53,023 nt of DNA, taken from positions 1 through 53,023 of the forward strand of contig JAZDEN010000038.1 of the NCBI GenBank assembly GCA_043808805.1. The letters run 5' to 3'. The notes under the pieces were generated by a model that was given only the letters and a program-made list of their open reading frames with translations, made no database searches and had not been told where the DNA came from. The translations under genes and the position numbers were made by a program. Below are positions 33,262 through 40,272 of this stretch, piece after piece. Positions within the stretch are counted from its first letter, which is position 1, and each line of letters starts with the position of its first letter. This DNA comes from an archaeon (GTDB taxonomy: Archaea; Nanobdellota; Nanobdellia; SCGC-AAA011-G17; VGLX01).

Positions 33262-33768
33262 ATGTTTTTAAGTTTAAACAGTCCTGTTTTCAACATGCGC
33301 AAATACCCACAATTCAAAGATGAAGCGTTGAAGCAGGTTGCAATTGATTTGGCAGCCACTGAACTGGAGATTGAAGGATTGAACAGACTTAAGGGTACAC
33401 TTGAAAAAAGGCTGGACAGCAGTGTTTACGACTGGCGAGTGCATTACGAATTAAAAGTAAGATACCACAATGGTGACAAGCAGGTAGAAGCATGGCTTGA
33501 ATCAGACTATGTTCCTGAAGCAACATCCTACTATTTTGGAAAATTAGAGGAGACCCTAGAAGAAGCTATGGGGGGAATCAAAAAAGCAAAGGAAAATATA
33601 GCAAGCCTTACCGACAAAGAAGTTACTATACCCCATCACGGGAGGGCTTTAGTATTGGATTATAACATAACTCGTGCTATAATAAACAAAGGACTTTACT
33701 CACAAGAAAATATTAACCTCTTAGTTGATGAAAAAAATCATGAGAGGTCCTGGCCAAGAGGTCTGTGA
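33262..33768 (+). CDS. hypothetical protein carried on the repeat-bounded insertion
   Basis: 168 aa. An alternative ATG at 33295 gives MRKYPQFKDEAL... It has visibly more T-ending codons (ATT, GAT, GTT, CTT) than the flanking genes. No family recognised. Confidence 0.5.
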   Translation: MFLSLNSPVFNMRKYPQFKDEALKQVAIDLAATELEIEGLNRLKGTLEKRLDSSVYDWRVHYELKVRYHNGDKQVEAWLESDYVPEATSYYFGKLEETLEEAMGGIKKAKENIASLTDKEVTIPHHGRALVLDYNITRAIINKGLYSQENINLLVDEKNHERSWPRGL

Positions 33769-33819
33769 TTAAGCTCAAACAACCTTCAAGAAACCCTTCC
33801 TAGGCTCGAACAACTCGCC
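33768..33819. repeat. direct repeat copy B (3' end of the intact OB/winged-helix gene)
   Basis: attaagctcaaacaaccttcaagaaacccttcctaggctcgaacaactcgcc. It lies 602 bp to the right of copy A. Confidence 0.85.
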
Positions 33820-34476
33820 CTCAGCAATTAAATCCTGAACCGTTACCTCAACCTGCTTCTCGTTGACACCAGCAATCTTAACAAGCTGGGAAAACTCTAT
33901 ACCCACTTCCCCTGAATTGGACTCGACTATGCTGAGAATCTTCTGCCTCAAAGTTTCAGAAACATCCTCAACAACCTCCTCAACAACAACCTGATCAGGA
34001 GATGAGACAACCTTAGGGGCCTCATAACTCAGCTCATCAACAACCTCAACATTCTCAACAAGCTTTGACGGAGGTCCGTACTCCTTAAGCAACTCAAGCT
34101 TTCGGACAAGCTCCCAATTCGGATCCTGCAAAGGCTTAACCAACTCGGGATTGATGTAAGTCTCACCATTGAAACTCCTCGGCCTGCCAATGACAAGAAC
34201 CATGTCACCGACCTTGACACCGTCGAGAATAGCGACATCCTCACGCCAGGCCTTCAGCCTGATAGAACCAGAACCGTCATCAATCGTGAGAGCACCATAA
34301 TTCCTGTCAGGAGTGTCAAACTTGAAAACCACGTTAGCAACTATGTTAACACGATGAACCTCCTTGTCCTTGAACCTGATGAAATTAGGATTCTCACTCC
34401 CATTCATACCTGCGTTAAGCAGGTCACTAACCCAAAGCCTGTACGCGGTATTCCTCTTCTGTATTGTGTTTGCCAT
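33775..34476 (-). CDS. RPA32/Stn1-like protein: single OB fold plus C-terminal winged helix
   Basis: The OB segment is VNIVANVVFKFDTPDRNYGALTIDDGSGSIRLKAWREDVAILDGVKVGDMVLVIGRPRSFNGETYI. An acidic linker follows, then a winged-helix-like tail ILSIVESNSGEVGIEFSQLVKIAGVNEKQVEVTVQDLIAEGELFEPRKGFLKVV. The ATG at 34476 lies 2 nt after the mcm stop. The track start at 34482 is a TTG. Confidence 0.6.
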   Translation of the reverse strand: MANTIQKRNTAYRLWVSDLLNAGMNGSENPNFIRFKDKEVHRVNIVANVVFKFDTPDRNYGALTIDDGSGSIRLKAWREDVAILDGVKVGDMVLVIGRPRSFNGETYINPELVKPLQDPNWELVRKLELLKEYGPPSKLVENVEVVDELSYEAPKVVSSPDQVVVEEVVEDVSETLRQKILSIVESNSGEVGIEFSQLVKIAGVNEKQVEVTVQDLIAEGELFEPRKGFLKVV

Positions 34477-34478
34477 GT

Positions 34479-36506
34479 TCAAATCTTCTTAACAAAACCC
34501 TCAGCAGGCTTGAAAATCTCCCCTTCACGATTAAGCCTGTCAATGATACCCATAACAGTCCCCTCATCAAGGCCCTTAGTCTCCGCAGCAGAAATAACTT
34601 CAGATATAGGAACCTTCTTGTCACCCCTCTTCTCCTCAAGGGCAGAAATCAGGTCACGCACAAGGTACATCTTATTTTTCGTCGAGGTGCTTATACCCGT
34701 TGAAAGAACGTCGATGTCAATCTGACCAGTCTCAGGATCAATGCCAACCTGCATCAGACAATACTTCAACAACTCAATAGCACGACGAGCATCACTCCTC
34801 TTTATCTTGCTATCAAGACGGACACGAGCAGAAGCCTCAGACAACCTTATCAAAGCTTCCAACTGCCTCGGAGTTATAGGGATTGGCTTCCTCCTACCCT
34901 CCTTGTCAGAAGCGCTCTCTGTATTCCTCAAACCAACATAGAAATTCTTTATCTCATCAAGAGCCTCCTGGGTCATCTTCGGAAAAACATTTTGCTTGGT
35001 GTAGGAAATGAATTTCCTCAATGTTTCAACAGGTATTTCAGGAAGGATAGTCTCAGGAGCCTGATGCAAGTCCAGAACGTGCTGAGCAATCTTACCATCC
35101 AGAATCTTATCAGGCAAATCCCTCATCGGAAAAATCAGATCAAAACGGTTAATCAATGCAGGAGGCAAATCAATCTGCTCAGCAACTAATTTGTAAGGAT
35201 CAAAACGGCCAAGCTTAGGGTTTGCAGCGGCAAGGACTGTGGTCTCTGCCCTCAAAGTTGCCTGGATGTTAGCCTTTGTTATCGTAACCTGCTGCTGCTC
35301 CATGGCCTCGTGCAGCGCATCAGTATCTTCACGCTGCATCTTGTCCATCTCATCAAGACACATTATACCCTTGTTAGCAAGGACCATTGCACCTGCCTCA
35401 AGAGCCCAGCCACGCAAGAACTCATCCTTGACAACAGAAGCAGTGATACCCGCACCTGTGGTTGACCTTCCAGCAACATACCTCGCCTTGGGAGCTGCCT
35501 TAGAAATGAACTGTAAGAGCTGACTTTTCCCGGCTCCAGGGTCCCCCACCAATAGAATATGCATATCACCCCTTGTGACTGTACCATCCTTCTTAACTTT
35601 CTTGACACCCCCAATCAACTGCAGGATTAATGCTTCCTTAATCTTCTCATGACCCCAAATACTGGGGGCAATTGACTTTACCAACCTGTCGTATATGTGG
35701 GGATCAGAAGCAAGATTCTTTATCTCTGCCTCATCTTCCGGACTTAATTCTATCTCAGTAAACTCCTCCTGGATTGGCTCAAGATAATTCGCATCAATCA
35801 TCAGATCATACCTGGTTGAAACCACCCCACTCTTAAGGATTATAGGAATCTCCTTGACAACACCAACAACACCAACCTTGCTTCCAGGCGTTGTCCTTTT
35901 CTCCATCTTAGGATCAACCAGATCTTCCTTAAGGAAAATACTCATACGCTTTGGCTGGGCACCACCCTCAAGATCTTCAGGGGCCTCCTCGACAACCAAC
36001 CTTTGGGCATCAACAAGATCCTTGCTCAACATCCTGAACCTACCACCTTTCTTACCACAGGTGCATCTTGTGGGCTCCTTGAATTTAGTTTCCACCTGAA
36101 GAATAGTTATTACAGAACCACAGGCAGGACACTCAAACTTAGCGCAGACAACCTGCGGCCTTATGTCAGAACACTGCCTCACTATCGCCTCAAAATAAAA
36201 AAGCTTGTTTATGTGCTTGCTCCTGATCTCTTTAATCCTCATCTGCTGGCTTTTAGGGAGGTTTCTGAAACGGACACGGATAGGATCCTTAATATCAAAC
36301 TGCTCAATTGCAAGCTCAGCAGCCTTCGCTACCTCTTCAGGCTCCTCAAGAAGCAGGTCAGCAAGCTCGTGATCAAATTCAGTTAACTGCGAGAAATCAA
36401 CTACAAGAGACGATAAACCTTTACTAGCTGTCTCGTGAATCTGCCTCTTATAATTCGCATCAAAAAATTCCTGAAACCTCTCTACCTGCTCATGGGCATC
36501 AATCAT
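34479..36506 (-). CDS. mcm: MCM replicative helicase
   Basis: 675 aa. Has the zinc motif CPACGSV...CTCGKKGG, Walker A GDPGAGKSQLL, Walker B MCLDEMDKM, the arginine finger NRFDLIF, and a C-terminal winged helix. There is no intein-sized insertion. Confidence 0.95.
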   Translation of the reverse strand: MIDAHEQVERFQEFFDANYKRQIHETASKGLSSLVVDFSQLTEFDHELADLLLEEPEEVAKAAELAIEQFDIKDPIRVRFRNLPKSQQMRIKEIRSKHINKLFYFEAIVRQCSDIRPQVVCAKFECPACGSVITILQVETKFKEPTRCTCGKKGGRFRMLSKDLVDAQRLVVEEAPEDLEGGAQPKRMSIFLKEDLVDPKMEKRTTPGSKVGVVGVVKEIPIILKSGVVSTRYDLMIDANYLEPIQEEFTEIELSPEDEAEIKNLASDPHIYDRLVKSIAPSIWGHEKIKEALILQLIGGVKKVKKDGTVTRGDMHILLVGDPGAGKSQLLQFISKAAPKARYVAGRSTTGAGITASVVKDEFLRGWALEAGAMVLANKGIMCLDEMDKMQREDTDALHEAMEQQQVTITKANIQATLRAETTVLAAANPKLGRFDPYKLVAEQIDLPPALINRFDLIFPMRDLPDKILDGKIAQHVLDLHQAPETILPEIPVETLRKFISYTKQNVFPKMTQEALDEIKNFYVGLRNTESASDKEGRRKPIPITPRQLEALIRLSEASARVRLDSKIKRSDARRAIELLKYCLMQVGIDPETGQIDIDVLSTGISTSTKNKMYLVRDLISALEEKRGDKKVPISEVISAAETKGLDEGTVMGIIDRLNREGEIFKPAEGFVKKI

Positions 36507-36611
36507 TTTACCCCCTTTTGTCCCAAATGAGAAAAAAATAAATGAATTATAAAGTTTTAGGTTAGCAATAATATACTTTATAAGTTTTACCTAAAAATAA
36601 GCAAAGGATTT

Positions 36612-37166
36612 CTACTTCTTGCCCTTGCTCAGCTTGCTTAGGTTCTGTATCAACTTGTCAACAGCCTCATGAAGTTTCTTCTCTGACTTCGTTCCAGTGC
36701 ACACAATCTTGCCATTGCTGAACAAGAGGAACGTAGCCCTTGTGCCGGGAAGCTTGTAAACAAGGCCTGGGAACTGCTCTGGCTCATACTCAGTATGCTC
36801 CAAATCCATGGCTAGTTTGTTCAAATTCAAGTCCATGCCAATGCTGCCTGAAGCAACCATGTTCTGGACGTGAATAACAGGCTCTGTAGTAACCTTAATC
36901 TTGATCTTAGCAACATTCTTAATTATGGCCTGCACAGACTCCTTAACCTTCTTCATCGACTTAGCACCTGTGCAGACAATCCTACCAGAAGAGAATATCA
37001 AAGCAGAGGTCTTCGGTTCCTTGATCCTCATCACCAAACCGGGAAACTGCTCCGGATTGTACTCTGTGTTCGGCAATGTCTCTGCAAGTTTTATCAACGG
37101 AATGTCCTGCTCTAATGAAGTTGTAGCAACGATATTTTGAATCTTAACTTCCTTCTTAATAGCCAT
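36612..37166 (-). CDS. tbp: TATA-box binding protein
   Basis: 184 aa. It has two direct repeats (IQNIVATTSLEQDIPL...EQFPGLVMRI / VQNMVASGSIGMDLNL...EQFPGLVYKL). Confidence 0.95.
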   Translation of the reverse strand: MAIKKEVKIQNIVATTSLEQDIPLIKLAETLPNTEYNPEQFPGLVMRIKEPKTSALIFSSGRIVCTGAKSMKKVKESVQAIIKNVAKIKIKVTTEPVIHVQNMVASGSIGMDLNLNKLAMDLEHTEYEPEQFPGLVYKLPGTRATFLLFSNGKIVCTGTKSEKKLHEAVDKLIQNLSKLSKGKK

Positions 37167-37219
37167 TCTAAAAACCCCCTAAATCATTTCTAAATTATTG
37201 ATATTATAATACAGAAAAA

Positions 37220-37240
37220 TTTATAAAGCTATTTATAAAG
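37220..37240. promoter_or_regulatory. tandem duplicated TATA-like motif (tttataaagc x2) in the tbp / S-layer-candidate divergent spacer
   Basis: The sequence is tttataaagctatttataaag. The palindromic cores could serve either strand. Distances to the two start codons (54 and about 90 nt) are longer than for other genes here. Confidence 0.3.
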
Positions 37241-37323
37241 CCATAAAAAGTAATTCTAAGTTTTAATTATCCAGTAGTAAGAAAAGTTTATCTTGAAATT
37301 GCTATTTTGTAATTAATAATTAA

Positions 37324-40272
37324 ATGAAAAAAGAGGTCAAGTTAATAATTCTAGCATTATCACTAATAGTATGTTCTGTCATTGTAAGCGCTGATGAAAT
37401 GAATTTCACAGACCTAACACCCGGATACAATGCGAGTTATGGCAGCTCAACAATAAGCTTCACTTGCAACGTTACAGCTGACAGCGCTGCTTACAACATC
37501 GTGAACATCACCATCACTGTTTACACCGGTGGAGATAATAATACTGCTTTGACTTATCTTTCTGAGGGCACAACATCTGACCTTGCTGGTGCAAATAATG
37601 CCACAACAGTCACTCTGGATTTGAGAAATAGTTTTATTTCCAGTGGTCTGGATGTGAGCTATTTCAACGGTTTTGTTAACTTTACTTACAACTGTAAGGC
37701 TTCTGATGACCAGGGTGCTGAGAATGTGAGCACTAACATGTCTTTCCTAAACCCCCTGATGGGCTTCAAAGGCACCATATTCAACAGCAGCTACGCAGCA
37801 GCTGATGGTGCGAATGTCACAATATCAGAGTTCGTGATGCCACAAGGCGGTAACCCTCCCACCACAAACATCCTTACTTCAATGCTTACGAATGCCAGCG
37901 GATATTATGCATTTTTCATAAATTACAGCTATGCTGACGGCAGTAATACTAACCCGCTTCAGATAGCAGTCAAGACCAATGGAAGTGACGGCAACGCTAC
38001 TGAAATTGGACCCACACTCCCACCACTACCTGCAACTGCGGTTATGCAATTCTTTGCTAATGGCACATTGTACACACAACCAGCTGCAACACTCAGGATT
38101 TCCGCTTCTCATGTAAGTGTGGAGGATGAATCCAATAATGATGAGTTCAACTATGAGGTCACCGACCTGGGTATAGGAGTAGGTCTATGGAACAGCATAA
38201 ATGTAAACGTCACATCCCCTCATGACATTGTTGTGCCAAGGGACAGGAATTACACAATAAGCTGGATGAGAGGCCCTACTGGTTTCGGGATCGAAGCCAC
38301 ACCACCACTCTCCACTACTGTTAACAACATCTCAAGCTACAGCAGCACGAATTACGTCATCGAGATAAACAAAACACTCTCATTTAATAATTACATACTA
38401 TCAGGCAATATTACTGTAAGCACCCCTCTTAATGATGTGAACTGTAGTAATAACATGATTATGAGACTCACCCCAAGCAGCGGAGATTTCGTGCCCCCCG
38501 GCAGCAGCGTTAACGGCTTAGAATGGAACGTAACCAACCTGACTGATGGGGTTTTAGGTGTTGATGGACCCCATTTCGAGTACTACGCTACTCTGATGGG
38601 GGCTTCCGACGGTATTAACTACGTCATAGAATGGTACTGCAGTAATGCAACTGCAGCTTCCTATGGGGCTATCAGAAAGATTCAGCTGAACGCATCTGAC
38701 GCTACTGTGCACATAACCCCAGGTGTGCTTGCAGGGGAGTATGACACAAGCGGCAACTACATGAGCAACACGATTAACACATCAACCAAATGCATACAAT
38801 TCTATGACTTAACCGATCCTAACAACCCATCAACCACAATCAATAACCTTAACGTAAACCTAGAGGTTACAGACAGCAGCTTCGGAACATTGATGTACGT
38901 TGCCCAAGTTAGCAGCGGTGCAGCACTAAACTGGACATTCCTAAACAGCAGCACAGTGAAAGTCAGAATTTTCAGCCCACAATTCCCCCCATACAGGACA
39001 TCTATAGATTTGGGCAAAGAATACTGCGGTCCTGATTCAAACATATCACTAAAACCATTCAATATGGAAAGTATAGGTAGTGATGGAGCTAAGCAGAACT
39101 TCAGCTCAAGCAGTTTGAGGATGAGATTCATGAGGAACAGCGCAGCATGCAATGTAGTAACACCAGATGACAGCTGTGTGATAGGAGACACACTAGACCC
39201 AAACACATTCAACCCGTTGGCAGCGATGATGAGCGGAAAAACAAACCTCATGATAGACCTGAACGGAGGGAATGGAACAACATTGTACTTCATAAACGTG
39301 GACATGATGTCATCAGGACCGCCTGACGCGATACTGAGTGAGAATGCAAGCCTCGATAATATACAAACAGGGTCCATGGACCAGCTATGGCAGTTCGGGA
39401 GCTTCGCACCAGACATATATGATTATGTATTAGTTGGGATACCATACAATGACAGCCAAGTAAACGAAGCCTGGACATTCACAACAAAGATACCAGCGTT
39501 ATATGATGAAAACTGGAACATGATATGGAACACGACAGACAACGGAACAAGCTTTACCGAGATAAGCGGGAACTATTCAGACTATGCAGACTACCCAAGC
39601 ACATGGTTCACTGGAATGGGCTGCAGCAAAACAGAAAGCACATTCGCATCAGATTCATGCTACGTGAATATAACAGAGAACAAAATCTGGCTCAAACTGC
39701 CACACTTCTCAGGGGTAGGACCAAACATACAGGGAAGTACACCAACAACACCTAGCAGTGGAGGAGGAAGCGGAACAACATCAATATCATCAGGAGGCCT
39801 CTATATAGACACATCAGAGGGAATAACACTCGAATTACAGGTAGGAGACAGAGCAGTATTCGTGACAAAGGGAACAGAACACACAATAACAACAACACAG
39901 GTAACACAGGACCACGTAACATTTGAGATACAATCAACACCAATAATAGTAGTGGTCCCGGCAGGAGAGACCAAAGAGGTTGACCTAAACAGCGACGGAA
40001 CAAATGACATAGCAATAACAGTAAAAAGCATTAACATAAGGTATGAGACAGCAGAGGTCTACATAAGAGACATAGAAACGCCAGCACTTGTACCAATACC
40101 AACAGGAGAGGTCGTACAACCGATAGAACAGCCAGAAGAGCCTGCAGCGCAAGAAGAACAACCAACAAGCGGAGAAAAATCAAGTGCAATACAAACAATA
40201 CTCGGAGTGATCATAATACTGGCAGCAATACTCCTAGTGCTATACTTATTCTTCAAAAAGAAAAAACACTAA
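37324..40272 (+). CDS. S-layer-like surface glycoprotein candidate (signal peptide, sequon-rich ectodomain, C-terminal TM anchor)
   Basis: 982 aa. The signal peptide is MKKEVKLIILALSLIVCSVIVSA. I hand-counted about 38 N-x-S/T sequons. A Pro/Glu-rich stalk (PIPTGEVVQPIEQPEEPAAQEEQP) precedes the TM helix ILGVIIILAAILLVLYLFF and a KKKKH tail. Confidence 0.7.
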   Translation: MKKEVKLIILALSLIVCSVIVSADEMNFTDLTPGYNASYGSSTISFTCNVTADSAAYNIVNITITVYTGGDNNTALTYLSEGTTSDLAGANNATTVTLDLRNSFISSGLDVSYFNGFVNFTYNCKASDDQGAENVSTNMSFLNPLMGFKGTIFNSSYAAADGANVTISEFVMPQGGNPPTTNILTSMLTNASGYYAFFINYSYADGSNTNPLQIAVKTNGSDGNATEIGPTLPPLPATAVMQFFANGTLYTQPAATLRISASHVSVEDESNNDEFNYEVTDLGIGVGLWNSINVNVTSPHDIVVPRDRNYTISWMRGPTGFGIEATPPLSTTVNNISSYSSTNYVIEINKTLSFNNYILSGNITVSTPLNDVNCSNNMIMRLTPSSGDFVPPGSSVNGLEWNVTNLTDGVLGVDGPHFEYYATLMGASDGINYVIEWYCSNATAASYGAIRKIQLNASDATVHITPGVLAGEYDTSGNYMSNTINTSTKCIQFYDLTDPNNPSTTINNLNVNLEVTDSSFGTLMYVAQVSSGAALNWTFLNSSTVKVRIFSPQFPPYRTSIDLGKEYCGPDSNISLKPFNMESIGSDGAKQNFSSSSLRMRFMRNSAACNVVTPDDSCVIGDTLDPNTFNPLAAMMSGKTNLMIDLNGGNGTTLYFINVDMMSSGPPDAILSENASLDNIQTGSMDQLWQFGSFAPDIYDYVLVGIPYNDSQVNEAWTFTTKIPALYDENWNMIWNTTDNGTSFTEISGNYSDYADYPSTWFTGMGCSKTESTFASDSCYVNITENKIWLKLPHFSGVGPNIQGSTPTTPSSGGGSGTTSISSGGLYIDTSEGITLELQVGDRAVFVTKGTEHTITTTQVTQDHVTFEIQSTPIIVVVPAGETKEVDLNSDGTNDIAITVKSINIRYETAEVYIRDIETPALVPIPTGEVVQPIEQPEEPAAQEEQPTSGEKSSAIQTILGVIIILAAILLVLYLFFKKKKH

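Noticed and set aside
34479-36506. Checked mcm, and also rfcS/rfcL, for inteins
   Set aside because: The lengths are canonical and the motifs are contiguous. There is no intein-sized insertion or C-terminal HN/Cys-Ser-Thr junction pattern.
36507-37323. Considered the AT-rich spacers flanking tbp (next to mcm) as a replication origin
   Set aside because: I could find no repeated ORB or mini-ORB-like elements or long inverted repeats, and there is no orc1/cdc6 gene nearby. The AT-rich motifs are better explained as promoters.
38802-39416. 204-aa minus-strand ORF inside the S-layer candidate gene
   Set aside because: It is antisense to a long ORF that has a signal peptide, sequons and an anchor. 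Its composition is non-protein-like.
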